From positions 244,151 to 308,150 of the forward strand of contig CAVTHO010000009.1 in NCBI GenBank assembly GCA_963734545.1: a stretch of 64,000 bases of DNA. The letters are read 5' to 3'. The DNA is from an uncultured Spirochaetota bacterium (GTDB lineage: Bacteria > Spirochaetota > Spirochaetia > SZUA-6 > Fen-1364). Below the pieces are notes generated by a model. The model had not been told where the DNA came from, searched no databases, and saw only the letters and a program-made list of their open reading frames with translations. Of the stretch, positions 45,304 to 56,983 are shown piece after piece (position 1 is the stretch's first letter; each line of letters begins with the position of its first letter). Made by a program: the position numbers and the translations under genes.

Positions 45304-47823
45304 CTACCGGCCGCCCGACTCGCCGGGAGCCGCAAGATCGTCCGCCACAAAGAGGAGCACCGGCTGAAAGCCCGTGGGATAGCTCATCATTGTGGTCCAG
45401 ACCTGCGTGACACCCGATGCCGTCCACACTTTCCCGTTCTTCGATTTCGCGGAAAGGAGATACCGCACCACGGCGCCTTCCGGCACCTGTATCGCTTTGC
45501 CGAACGTGGCCTTGTCCCGGCCGCGGCCGGGCCGGCTGAAAACGGTGTCCGCACCATAGGGCGCGCGGGTCCGCTCATCCACGATCTGCACCGAGATCGC
45601 ATACTCTCCCTTGTCGTTCCTGTCGAAGTCTTCCTTGTCCGCGGCCCGCTCCCTGCCCCGGGGCATCCGCGAGAGGTAGCCGGTGACCGTGGTGGGGCTG
45701 CCGATGGGGGGCCAGCTCAGTCGAGGATTGTCGCCAAAGACAAGGAACGGTATGTCGACGTTGACCTCGTCGTCGGCAGCCTGCGCTTCGGTATAGGAAA
45801 GGAAATGTCCGGCCACGGTCCGAATGACCGTTTCCACCTCCACCAGCCGATCCCTGTTCAGAGACACTGCGTCGGACCGGGCGGACAGCGCCACCAGGCG
45901 ATCGGCACCCTGCCGTTTCGCCTCGACAGGCGCCGTGAACTGCGCGATAACCTCATTTGTCCGATAGTATCGGACGGTGACCTGCGCCTGCGTGCCGATC
46001 TGATCGCCGTTGCTGGAAAGAGCGGAAACCGTGGGGCCCGGGAGCTTCAGGTTCCTGGCCGTGACGGTGATTCGGTCACGACCGGTCTCCGCGGGCGGCG
46101 GGGGGGAGCCGCCGCCGGCAGGCTGTCCCTTGTCCGGCTGAGGTCCCCCGGGAGGGATTGCGGCACCCGCAGCGTCGCGCGTCACGCGCAGGCTGTAGCG
46201 GAGCCTCGTGCCGTCCTGCGCGGTCACGTCGATGACAACGATGCGCCCGACACCCGGCTGCAGGGGAATGGCGCGTCCTACCTGCCCCGCAGGACTGCCG
46301 TCGATCGCCACCGCTGCTGCCCGGCTCTGCGCGCGGGCGGAGAGCACCACCATCTCGACGTTTGACGGGACCCGTGCTTCATACTGCAGGATCGATGGAT
46401 CGAAGGCAGGCGCGAGCTGCGCGCCCGTGAGCTGCAGCATGGACAGGAGGGCGTTGTCGTCCAGGATCACGGGCGCCGCAGCCCTCTGGATCTGCACGCG
46501 GTAGAGCTTCTGGGAGCCGTCCTCCGCGACCACCACGAAAGAGGCGGCATTGGCCGCGCCGGGATCCACGGCGATGGTGACATCCAGGCGCGGCGCCGGC
46601 TTCAGGTTCGGCAGCTCGGCAACGCTCACCAGCGCCACGGGGCTCGCCGCAACCGCGGTCACCACCACGCTCTCGACGGCGGCCGGCAGCCCGACGCTGT
46701 ACGACACGATCCGCGGCGTGAACACGGGGTTCAGAGCGCCGGACGAGACGCCGAGTGAGGCAAGGTCGGCATTGCGATCCGGCGGGGCCCGGCGTATGTC
46801 CACGAGGTACTGCTGCGCCGTTCCGTCTTCCGCGGTGACGGTGATCGCGATTGCGAGCCGGCCGCGGGGAAAGGCAACCACGGCGCCTGCAGCGGAAGCC
46901 GGGTCTCCCCGGGGCTGAAGCGGCGTCGCGCCGCCCCCGATGGGCAGGGACGCGACGCTCACCGTGGCCACGCCGCTCTGAGGGCGCGCATGCACGACGA
47001 GCTGCTTTGTGGCAAAGGGAGCGAGCGCCTGGTACCTCCCCTGCGAGGGTGAGAAGGCGGGAAAGATCGGAGCGTTCTGCAGATCCAGCGTTTCGAGCGC
47101 GGCGTTGCTGTCCGGCGCGGCCCGGGCGATGCTCACCGTGTACCGGTCCCTGGTCACACCGTCCTCCGCAAGTGTCTCGATGGTGACCGCGCGCTCCTGC
47201 ACCCCCTGGAACTCCACCGTGCCGGTCCCCGCGGCCCCGCGGAACTCGGCTCCGTCTATCGTGACGCTCTTCATGTAGGGGCTCTGGCCCCTTGCTTCAA
47301 CCCGGACGGCGGTGGCCGCAAAGGGGACGACGACAGTATAGCTGTGCACCGCCGGGTTGAATGCCGGCTGTAGAACGGCCCCCCGGGGAAGCACGAGCGC
47401 GGAAAGTCGCGCATTGCTCTGCGCTTCCCGGACGAACACCTTGTATGGCCAGGGCTTCTTTTCCCCAGGCAATTCGATCGCGTAGATCACGGGCACGGAG
47501 AAGTCATTTGGCGTGACGCCGTTCTCCTGGACAACCCGGCTCCCGCTGGAGATCACCGTGATGGCCGCTGCCTTGTTCAGGGTGAGGGTCGCCACCAGGG
47601 TGCGCACGTCTGTCCCCGGGGGAACGACCAGGTGGACCTCCTGGGGAAAGGGACGCTCATCGATCGCACCCGCTATGGTCTGGGCCAGCGATTTGTTCAC
47701 CCCGGCAAGAAAAACGAAACTGTCCAGCGGCCCATGCCCCCTGCCTATGCTGGCGCAGCCCGCAAGGCCCGCGAGGATAATAACCGAGACAACCGCGCCC
47801 CGGAGAAGCTTACGCATATTCAC
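45304..47823 (-). CDS. large lipoprotein with 4-5 cadherin-like beta-sandwich repeats
   Basis: MNMRKLLRGAVVSVIILAGLAGC (lipobox). Repeated modules such as LSALVLPRGAVLQPAFNPAVHSYTVVVP, LETLDLQNAPIFPAFSPSQGRYQALAP, LASLGVSSGALNPVFTPRIVSYSVGLP and LSMLQLTGAQLAPAFDPSILQYEARVP. An extended -10 (TGGTATAAT, plus 47840-47848) lies upstream. Confidence 0.7.
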   Translation of the reverse strand: MNMRKLLRGAVVSVIILAGLAGCASIGRGHGPLDSFVFLAGVNKSLAQTIAGAIDERPFPQEVHLVVPPGTDVRTLVATLTLNKAAAITVISSGSRVVQENGVTPNDFSVPVIYAIELPGEKKPWPYKVFVREAQSNARLSALVLPRGAVLQPAFNPAVHSYTVVVPFAATAVRVEARGQSPYMKSVTIDGAEFRGAAGTGTVEFQGVQERAVTIETLAEDGVTRDRYTVSIARAAPDSNAALETLDLQNAPIFPAFSPSQGRYQALAPFATKQLVVHARPQSGVATVSVASLPIGGGATPLQPRGDPASAAGAVVAFPRGRLAIAITVTAEDGTAQQYLVDIRRAPPDRNADLASLGVSSGALNPVFTPRIVSYSVGLPAAVESVVVTAVAASPVALVSVAELPNLKPAPRLDVTIAVDPGAANAASFVVVAEDGSQKLYRVQIQRAAAPVILDDNALLSMLQLTGAQLAPAFDPSILQYEARVPSNVEMVVLSARAQSRAAAVAIDGSPAGQVGRAIPLQPGVGRIVVIDVTAQDGTRLRYSLRVTRDAAGAAIPPGGPQPDKGQPAGGGSPPPPAETGRDRITVTARNLKLPGPTVSALSSNGDQIGTQAQVTVRYYRTNEVIAQFTAPVEAKRQGADRLVALSARSDAVSLNRDRLVEVETVIRTVAGHFLSYTEAQAADDEVNVDIPFLVFGDNPRLSWPPIGSPTTVTGYLSRMPRGRERAADKEDFDRNDKGEYAISVQIVDERTRAPYGADTVFSRPGRGRDKATFGKAIQVPEGAVVRYLLSAKSKNGKVWTASGVTQVWTTMMSYPTGFQPVLLFVADDLAAPGESGGR

Positions 47824-47872
47824 CTGCTTTCCGGGGGCGATTATACCACGTCTGTAAAACTAGCGGCGCGCC

Positions 47873-50118
47873 CTATGCCTTCTTCCGCGCGAAGGTCATC
47901 CAGGTAGCGCGCACGATGAACACGAAGATGACCAGCCCGCCGATACCGAAGATCGTATCCGGCAGGATCCTCAGGTAGTTCAGCAGCTTGATCACGGGCC
48001 CGAGGTGATCTCGGGGCTTCGCGCGTACCAGACGCCGTACGTGATGGCGTAGTAGAGCTGGTAGAATGCGGACGGGCGAAGGCTGAGGAGCATCATGCCC
48101 AGCAGGCCTCCGTTCAGAAGCCAGAACGCCCATTTCAGCAGTCCGCTCGACCACGCCTTGATCGGCACGATGTGGCGCACGGAGAAGAGCATGAGAGCGA
48201 TGGCGAGGATGCCGTAGACCCCGAAGAGCGCCGTGTGCGCGTGCAGCGGAGTGGTGTTCATGCCCTGCGCGTAGTACAGGACGATCGGCGGGTTGATCAG
48301 GAACCCGAACACGCCCGCGCCCACGACGTTCCAGAACGCCACGGCGATGAAGAAGTACACCGGCCACTTGTACGCGTAGTTGCTGCCCCCCGTCTTCAGC
48401 GTTTTCAGGTTCTGCGCCGTCTCGAAACCGAGCAGCGCCAGCGGAACGATCTCCAGCGCGGAGAACACGGCGCCCAGCGCGATGATGGGTGTCGGCGTGC
48501 CTGTCCAGTAGAGGTGATGGAACGTGCCGATCACCCCTGCCCCCAGGTAGAGGAAGATGCTGACGTAGACGACCTTCAGGGCGAACTTCGGCGCTCACGG
48601 CGCCGATGCGGGACAGGATGAAGGCGAGCACCACGGTGGCGAACACCTCGAAGAAGCCCTCCACCCAGAGGTGGACGACCCACCAGCGCCAGTACTCCGC
48701 GTCCGAGAGATCGCTCGACCTGCCGTAGAGCAGGCCGGCCATGTAGAAGAGCGGGATGGCCACCGCGCTGTACAGCAGCACGTGCGTGAGACCGCCGTTG
48801 TCCTTTTCTCCGGGAAGGGCGGGACGGATGGCCCGTACCACCAGCACGAGCCAGATGATCATGCCGACGATGAGCAGGATCTGCCAGACGCGGCCGAGCT
48901 CGATGTACTCATAGCCCTGGTGGCCGAAGAGGAACCCGTTGGAGCCGAACCGGCCCTGGACGGACAGCCACGTTCCCGCCAGGGATCCGAGCACCACGAT
49001 CACCACGGCCAGGAACAACGCCAGGGAAAGGGTCGCCTGTCGCTTCGGCTCCTTGCCCACGAACGGTCCGATGAAGAGACCCGTGGCCAGGAAGCAGGTG
49101 GCGATCCAGAAGATCGCGAGCTGGAGGTGCCAGGTGCGCACCGCCGCGTAGGGCAGGATCTTCTGAATGGGCACGCCCAGGAAGGTCGCGCCTTCGACGG
49201 TGTAGTGCGCGGTCAGTGCTCCCAGCACGACTTGAAGGACGAACAGCGCCATCGCCGTGATGAAATAGGCCAGTGTCGTCTTCTGACTTCCCGTGGGCTT
49301 CGGCTCGCCGAACTTCGTGCACGAGCTGCGCCGAGTAGTCCGCCTTCGTGCATGTAGCGCGCGTAGAGGAATATCGCGCCTGCCGAGGAAAAGGATGAGG
49401 ATGATGACGCTCACGATGGACCAGATCAGGGTGCCGGCAACCGGCTGGTTGCCCACGAGCGGGTCGAACGGCCAGTTGGTCGTGTAGGTGACGTTGTCTC
49501 CCAGCCGATTGGTGCCCGCCGCCCAGGCCAGCCACGCGAAAAAGCTGGTGAGATTGTGGCCCTCGGCGTCCGTCTTGACGATACCGGGCTGCAGCCCCAT
49601 GCGGTCGTTGCCGTCCCGGAAAAGCGCCGTGTAGTACCCCTGGAGGGCGGCAAAGGCCTCGGCCTGCGCGGGAGTGAAAAGGAGCTTGTCGGCCGCCGGG
49701 TCGTAGCGGTTCGTCTTGATCTCCCGCGTGGCCAGCGCGCGCAGCTCTGCCTTCTTCAGATCGCTCCATGGCATCGAGATCTTTCTGCGTGAAGGCCGCC
49801 GCGGCGTTCGCGGTGTAGGCCGGTGAGCCGTGCCCCCACGTACAGGCCCATGCGGTGCAGAAAGTCCGCCGACCAGTCAGGCGCAAGATAGGAGCCGTGG
49901 CCCCAGATGGTGCCCATGTCCTGCCCGCCCCTGCTCAGGTACAGCTTCTGCCCGCTTTTCACGTCGTCGCGGGTAAAGACGGTCTGGCCCGCGGCGGTTG
50001 TCACCGTGCCGGGGATGGGTGGTTTCTCCTGGTGGATCAGATACCCTCCGAAGAGGAGCACGCCGAACGTAACGGCGAGCATGAAGAGTAAAAGAGCACG
50101 CACCTTTGGATTGTTCAT
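47873..50118 (-). CDS. norZ: quinol-dependent nitric oxide reductase (qNOR, NorB/NorZ type); about eight frame changes
   Basis: ATG 50118 follows GGAGG. The N-terminal extension is MNNPKVRALLLFMLAVTFGVLLFGGYLIH...GTIWGHGSYLAPDWSAD. The heme-copper core carries RTWHLQLAIFWIAT, HLWVEGFFEVF, GTFHHLYWTG and HAHTALFGVYG. The pieces lie in ORFs 49756.., 48909.., 47873.. and 47992... Confidence 0.85.
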
Positions 50119-50162
50119 GCACGGACCTCCTGCGGCGCTGCGGCCAATGATTTTACGGTCGC

Positions 50163-50558
50163 CTAGTCCGCGACCTCGGACAGGTTCGTATCGCGAAGAA
50201 AACCGAGGTACTCCTTCCTGACCCTCGCCCACCCCTCGTGGAGCATGCAGTGCTCCTTCCGGGTGCACTGGGCCCTGCCCAGAATGCATCCCTTGATCCG
50301 GCTCACGTGCTCGATGGGCTCGAGCACGTCGTACAGGGAGATGCTCCCCCGGGCCCGGGCCAGACGGAACCCGCCCCTGCTCCCCTTGCGGCCTTCCAGC
50401 AGGCCGGCCCGGGCAAGCTGGCGCAGGAGCTTGCCCAGGTAGTTCCGCGGGGCCTTGATCCGCGCCGCTATCTCCCCCGCCCCCTTATACGCGCCCGCGG
50501 GGAGGCCGGCGAGGTACGCCATGGCCTTGAGGGCGTGCGTGCCCGTCCGCGTGATCAT
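50163..50558 (-). CDS. Rrf2 family transcriptional regulator (NsrR/IscR-like, three-Cys cluster motif)
   Basis: MITRTGTHALKAMAYLAGLP... aligns with Rrf2 N-termini. GLLEGRKGSRGGFRLA is the wing. The C-terminus is C..(x6)..C..(x5)..C (GCILGRAQCTRKEHC). The ORF-track start at 50588 adds 10 residues and is the alternative. Confidence 0.8.
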   Translation of the reverse strand: MITRTGTHALKAMAYLAGLPAGAYKGAGEIAARIKAPRNYLGKLLRQLARAGLLEGRKGSRGGFRLARARGSISLYDVLEPIEHVSRIKGCILGRAQCTRKEHCMLHEGWARVRKEYLGFLRDTNLSEVAD

Positions 50559-50599
50559 ACGATCCGCTTCTGAATAGGATATTCGCATGCGATTCCCAT

Positions 50600-50628
50600 T
50601 ATTAACACGGGCGCCGAAAACCTGTCAA
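50600..50628 (-). promoter_or_regulatory. sigma70-type promoter TTGACA-N17-TTAATA
   Basis: Minus strand: TTGACA (plus 50623-50628), TTAATA (plus 50600-50605), upstream of the Rrf2-norZ pair and divergent from ubiE. Confidence 0.45.
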
Positions 50629-50690
50629 GAAAAAACTCGAGAGCCGGCCGCCGCTTCTCCCGCCCCCCGGAGCGTGCTATAGTGCGCGGG

Positions 50691-51443
50691 ATGAGTTCAA
50701 AACGCTATCCGCCGATGGAGGCGTTGTCGCCGACCGGGCAGACGCGCGTGGTGCGTGAAATCTTCACGACCGGCCACGAGAGGTACGACCTGCTCAATCA
50801 CCTGCTGAGCTTCCGTCGCGACCTTGGGCTGGCGCGCGGTGGCGGTGAAAAGGATGCGTTTTGGACGCACCCTCAGGTTCCTCGACGTGGCCACCGGCAC
50901 GGCAGACCTGGCAATCGCAGCGGCGCGCCGGTTCCCGCGCATCGCAGTCACCGGCATCGATTTCGCGGCGCCGATGCTGGAGGTCGGACGCAGGAAAGTG
51001 CGGGAGGAGGGACTGCAGGAGCGCATCAGCCTGGAAGAAGGGGACGCACTCGCGCTGCCCTTTCCAGGCGGGTCCTTCGACGTCACGGCGGTTGCGTTCG
51101 GCATGCGCAACATACCGGACCGGCGCCGCGCGCTCGGCGAGATGGCGCGTGTCACGGTCCCGGGCGGGCAGGTGATGATCCTGGAGATGACCTTCGCGCC
51201 CGTCCCGGCTCTTCCGCCCGCTTTACGGCTTCTATCTCAGGCGCGTCCTCCCGGGCATGGCCCGGCTCTTCGCGGGCAATCCGGCGACGTACTCACTACC
51301 TGGGAGACTCGATCAGGCACTTTCCCTCTCCCGACGCCCTCCGCGCCCTCATGGAGGAGGCCGGGCTTCGGGAAGTCACTTATACCCGGCTGACCTTCGG
51401 AGTCGCGTACCTGCACATCGGCCGTGTACCAGGAGGCGCATGA
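50691..51443 (+). CDS. ubiE: demethylmenaquinone/ubiquinone C-methyltransferase; three +1 frame changes (~50826, ~51207, ~51290)
   Basis: VREIFTTGHERYDLLNHLLSF, LDVATGTADLA (SAM motif I), FGMRNIPD, GGQVMILEM, YHYLGDSIRHFP. An extended -10 (TGCTATAGT, 50674-50682) ends 8 nt before ATG 50691. Confidence 0.8.
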   Translation: MSSKRYPPMEALSPTGQTRVVREIFTTGHERYDLLNHLLSFRRDLGLARGGGEKDAFWTHPQVPRRGHRHGRPGNRSGAPVPAHRSHRHRFRGADAGGRTQESAGGGTAGAHQPGRRGRTRAALSRRVLRRHGGCVRHAQHTGPAPRARRDGACHGPGRAGDDPGDDLRARPGSSARFTASISGASSRAWPGSSRAIRRRTHYLGDSIRHFPSPDALRALMEEAGLREVTYTRLTFGVAYLHIGRVPGGA

Positions 51444-52302
<859 letters not shown>

Positions 52303-52355
52303 CACCTCCATGATCGTTGGTTAGATTCTTAACGGCGCCGGGCCGGGCAACAACG

Positions 52356-52760
52356 ATGAGCGCAATACTATCTTTGGCGGTCTATCTTGCAGTCGTCGTC
52401 CTCCTCGTCGGCTTTCTGATGCTGGTGACGCATCTCTCGGGAGAGCGCCACTTCCAGAGCGGCACCGGAATTCCCTACGAATCCGGCGTTCCCCTCACCG
52501 GTTCGGCCCGGCTGCGGTTTGCCGCTGATTTCTACCTCATCGCAATGTTCTTCGTCATCTTCGACATTTCCGCCGTGTTTCTCTTTGCATGGGCGGTGGC
52601 GGCGCGGGAGCTGGGCTGGCCCGGCTACGTTGCTGCCGTGGTATTCATGATCGAAACGGTGGCGGGCCTCGCGTATCTATGGAAGAAGGGCGCCTTCGAC
52701 TGGGGCGCGCGCAGGCTGCGGGAGCACCGGGAAAGGCACGGGATGGGTCATGCTGCGTAG
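52356..52760 (+). CDS. nuoA: NADH-quinone oxidoreductase subunit A
   Basis: YESG.P..G.AR.RF...[13 protein letters not shown]...FLF.WA pattern. 134 aa from ATG 52356. Confidence 0.85.
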   Translation: MSAILSLAVYLAVVVLLVGFLMLVTHLSGERHFQSGTGIPYESGVPLTGSARLRFAADFYLIAMFFVIFDISAVFLFAWAVAARELGWPGYVAAVVFMIETVAGLAYLWKKGAFDWGARRLREHRERHGMGHAA

Positions 52761-53370
52761 AAAGCGGCCCGTCGGGCTGCCGCGGGGCCTGGAGCGCCAG
52801 GCCCCGAGCAACGACGTCTACATGGCCCGCAGGAACGACCTGATTGCGTGGGGCAGGAAATACTCGATGTGGCCCTTCAACTTCGGCCTGTCCTGCTGCT
52901 ACGTGGAAATGGCCACTGCCATCACGAGCAAGTACGACATTGCACGGTTCGGCTCAGAGATCATCCGCGGCTCCCCGAGGGAAGCCGACGTCATGGTGGT
53001 GGCAGGGACCGTGTTCGCCAAGATGGCCCCGCTGGTGCTGCACATGTACGAGCAGATGATGGAACCCCGCTGGGTCATCTGCATGGGCTCCTGCGCCAGC
53101 TCGGGAGGAATGTACGATATATACAGCGTCGTGCAGGGAGTGGACTCGTTCCTCCCCGTCGATGTCTACGTCCAGGGATGCCCTCCCAGCCCTGATTCAT
53201 TCATGAGAGGCCTCGTCCTCCTGGGAGAAGCGGTTGCCACGGAGAAGCGCCCGCTCTCGTGGGTCGTGGGACCGCAGGGGGTCATCCGGACGGTGAAACC
53301 GTCGCTGCGCGACAACATGCGCCCGGAACGGCAGAAACAGACAGATTTGCGCTCGCCTGACGAAGTCTAG
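52750..53370 (+). CDS. nuoB: NADH-quinone oxidoreductase subunit B
   Basis: [46 protein letters not shown] (N2 cluster cysteines). Confidence 0.9.
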   Translation: MLRRKRPVGLPRGLERQAPSNDVYMARRNDLIAWGRKYSMWPFNFGLSCCYVEMATAITSKYDIARFGSEIIRGSPREADVMVVAGTVFAKMAPLVLHMYEQMMEPRWVICMGSCASSGGMYDIYSVVQGVDSFLPVDVYVQGCPPSPDSFMRGLVLLGEAVATEKRPLSWVVGPQGVIRTVKPSLRDNMRPERQKQTDLRSPDEV

Positions 53371-53402
53371 GCGGGCTATCCGCGGCTCGGGAGATTGGGG
53401 AG

Positions 53403-55153
53403 ATGACCGCAACGACGGGAACGATCGGGGAGATCTCTGAAAGGTTCGGCGCGGGCTCTCTCCATGCGCAGCCCACGAAGGACGGGGTCCCCACAGTCTG
53501 GGTAGGCGCGGAGCGCTTCCGGGACGTCCTGGCCTGGCTCAAGTCCGGCCCGGGCGGCTCCTACAGCATGCTGCTGGACATCACGGCCATCGACGAGCGC
53601 GAGCCGGGCGCATCGGGAAGATCAGCCGCCCGCTGATTTCAGCGTCGTGTACCACCTCGTCTCCATGGACCGCAACCGGGATGTGCGGCTCAAGGTGCCG
53701 CTCCAGGGATCGAATCCCGCGCTGCGCACGATCACCGACCTCTGGCCCAACGCGGACTGGTACGAACGCGAGACGTGGGACATGTTCGGCATCACGTTCG
53801 AAGGACATCCGCACCTTCGCCGCATCCTCATGCCTCCCTGGTGGGAGGGTCATCCCCTGCGCAAGGAACACCCTGCCCGGGCGACCGAAATGGGCCCTTA
53901 CCACATGACGAGCGCGGATGCCCAGCGCATGCTGGCCACCCTGGAGTTCAAGCCCGAGGAATGGGGCATGAAACGGGAGAGCGGGGACCACCAGTACATG
54001 TTCCTCAATATCGGCCCGCAGCATCCCTCCACGCACGGCGTTGTCCGCTTCACCGTCCAGCTCGACGGAGAAGAGATCCTGGACCTGGTGCCCGACATCG
54101 GCTTCCATCACCGGGGCGCCGAGAAGATGGGGGAGCGCCAGACCTGGCACACCTACATCCCCTACACGGACCGCATCGACTACCTGGGCGGCCTGCTGAA
54201 CAATTTTCCGTATGTGCTGGCCGTGGAGAAGCTCGCCGGAATCGAGGTGCCCGAGCGCGCGCAGGTGATCCGCGTGATGATGGCGGAGCTGTTCCGCATC
54301 ATCAGCCATCTCGTCTTCTACGGCACTTTCAGCGCGGACCTCGGCCAGATGTCTCCCCTGTTCTGGATGTTCAACGACCGGGAGCGCGCCTTCGACATCG
54401 TGGAGGCCGTCACCGGGGGCCGGATGCACCCCGCCTGGTTCCGCATCGGCGGGAGTGGCCATGGACCTGCCCGCCGGGTGGGACCGCATGATGCGGGACT
54501 TCATCAAGTACATGCGCAGGAGACTGCGTGACTATGACGTGACGGTGATGAAGAACAGGATCGTCAAGGCGCGCACAAAGGGCATTGGCCTGGTGAGCAA
54601 AGAGGAGGCCATTGCGTGGGGGGCCACGGGGCCTTTCCTGCGCGGATCCGGCGTGGACTGGGATCTCCGGAAGAAGAGGCCCTATGGAGGATACGAGAAG
54701 TTCGAGTTCGATGTCCCCATCGGGGCGAACGGGGATTCCTATGACAGGGTCGCCGTCCACGTGGAGGAAATGCGGCAGAGCCTCCGCATCATGGAGCAGT
54801 GCCTGAACAACATGCCGGCAGGGCACTACAAGTCGGATCACCCGCTGGCCACCCCGCCCCGGAAGGAGCGGACGATGCACGACATCGAGACGCTCATCAA
54901 CCACTTCCTCGGCGTGAGCTGGGGACCGGTTGTGCCGCCCGGAGAGGCAATCGCGGTGGCGGAAGGGTCAAAGGGGAATCACGCGTACTACCTCGTGAGT
55001 GACGGGGGGACCATGAGCTACCGGACCCGGATCCGCACGCCATCCTTCGCGCACATCCAGATGGTGCCCATGCTCTGCCGTGGGCTGACCGTCCCCGACA
55101 TGGTGGCAATCCTTGGAAGCATCGACTACGTTCTGGCGGACATCGACAGGTGA
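53403..55153 (+). CDS. nuoCD: fused NADH-quinone oxidoreductase subunits C/D; +1 frame changes near 53610 and 54452
   Basis: NuoC part: ITAIDER...YHLVSM...[25 protein letters not shown]. NuoD part: [60 protein letters not shown]. No stop or start lies between the C and D parts. Confidence 0.85.
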
Positions 55154-55169
55154 GGGGGTCGAAAGGGAC

Positions 55170-55688
55170 ATGCTGAGTCCGGAGGAGAGGCAAAAGATAG
55201 AGGAGGAGGCGCGGCACCACGAGCAAAGGCGGGCCGCCGTCTCCGAGGCGCTTCTGATCGTCCAGGAAAGCCGGGGATGGGTTTCGGATGAGGGCATCGC
55301 GGACGTGGCGGAGATTCTCGGGATGAGCGTGGAGGAAGTGGACGGGATCGCCACTTTCTACGAGCTGATCTACCGCAAGCCCGTGGGAAAGCACGTCATC
55401 ATGGTCTGTGACAGCGTGAGCTGCTGGATCACCGGTGAGGAGCGCATCAGCGCGCATCTCCGCCAGAGGCTGGGCATCGAGCCGGGCGGCACCACGACCG
55501 ACGGGGCGTTCACACTTCTGCCGGTGGGCTGTCTCGGCGCATGTGACGCGGGCCCCGCAATGATGGTGGACGGAGAGCTCTTCGACAATCTGACACCCGA
55601 ACGGGCCGACGAAATCCTGGCGCGCTACGGGCTGCCGCGGGGAGCGGCGGACGGGATGGGAGCAGATGCTCAAGCCGCTCACCGCTGA
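55170..55688 (+). CDS. nuoE: NADH-quinone oxidoreductase subunit E
   Basis: RAAVSEALLIVQESRGWVSDEGIADVAEILGMS...ATFYELI, and [2Fe-2S] cysteines VCDSVSCW...GCLGACDAGP. Confidence 0.85.
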   Translation: MLSPEERQKIEEEARHHEQRRAAVSEALLIVQESRGWVSDEGIADVAEILGMSVEEVDGIATFYELIYRKPVGKHVIMVCDSVSCWITGEERISAHLRQRLGIEPGGTTTDGAFTLLPVGCLGACDAGPAMMVDGELFDNLTPERADEILARYGLPRGAADGMGADAQAAHR

Positions 55689-56983
55689 CATACGTTCCGG
55701 ATCGGGCTGCCCTGGACGTCGGCGCCTACGAGGCGGCCGGCGGATACCAGGGACTGCGCAAGGCGCTTGCCATGAACCCGGTGCAGGTCCAGCAGACAGT
55801 CACCGCCTCGGGACTGCGCGGCAGGGGCGGCGCGGGATTCCCCACCGGGATGAAATGGAGCTTCGTTCCCATGGGAACGGGGCCGGTGGGCGCGGTCGGC
55901 GGGACCGCGGGCGGCATTGCGGATACAGACGGGCACCGCTACATGGTGGTGAACGCGGACGAAAAAGAACCGGGCACCATGAAGGACCGGTGGCTGATGG
56001 AAGGCAATCCGCACGAGCTCATCGAGGGCGCGCTGATCGCCGCATGGGCCATGCAGGCGGATATCGCCTACATCTTCCTCCGCCGTGAATACACGAAGTG
56101 CGCGGCCAGCCTGACAAAGGCCATGGAAGAGGCGCGCCAGCGGACGTACATCGGCCCGCGGGTCCTGGGAACCGGCTGGAATATCGAGATGCGGCTGCAC
56201 CTGAGCGCGGGCCGCTACATGTGCGGGGAGGAGAGCGGGCTGCTGAACGCACTGGAAGGCAGGCGCGGCATCCCTAGGAACAAGCCGCCGTTCCCCCAGG
56301 TGAGCGGGCTCTGGGGAAGGCCCACGGTCGTGAACAACGTGGAGACGCTGTGCAATGTCCCCCACATACTCCGCGAAGGGCCCGAACTGGTACAAGGCGC
56401 TGAGCACCTCGCCGGATTCGGGCACGAAGATCTACGGCGTGAGCGGCAGGGTGAAAAGGCCCGGGCTGTGGGAGCTGCCCATCGGCACGACCATCCGGGA
56501 GATCATCGAAGAGCACGCCGGCGGCATGGCGGACGGCCTTGCGCTCCGCGGTCTCATTCCCGGGGGCGCCTCCACGGATTTCCTCACCGCGGACCAGCTC
56601 GATGTAAGGATGGATTTCGATTCCCTGGTGAAAGGCCGGGAGCCGTCTCGGGCACCGGCACCCTGGTCGTGCTCGACGACCATACGTGCCCGGTCGGCAT
56701 GGTGCTCAGCCTGGAGAAGTTCTTCGCGCGGGAGTCCTGCGGCTGGTGCACGCCGTGCCGTGAGGGTCTGCCGTGGGTCGCGCGCACGCTGGAAGCGCTG
56801 GAGCAAGGCAGGGGGGAGCCCCGGGACCTCGAGGTGCTCGAAAAGCACGTGCGCCTGCTGGCGCCCGGGCGCACTTTCTGCGCTCTCGCCCCCGGGGCGG
56901 TCGAGCCGCTGGGAAGCGCCTTGAAGCTTTTCCGCGATGATTTCGCACGCCACGTACGGGAGAAGAGGTGTCCCTGGAAATGA
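55666..56983 (+). CDS. nuoF: NADH-quinone oxidoreductase subunit F; about four +1 frame changes
   Basis: [17 protein letters not shown] (FMN site), [50 protein letters not shown] (N3 cluster). The pieces lie in ORFs 55666, 55772 and 56355, and in one unlisted frame. Confidence 0.85.
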
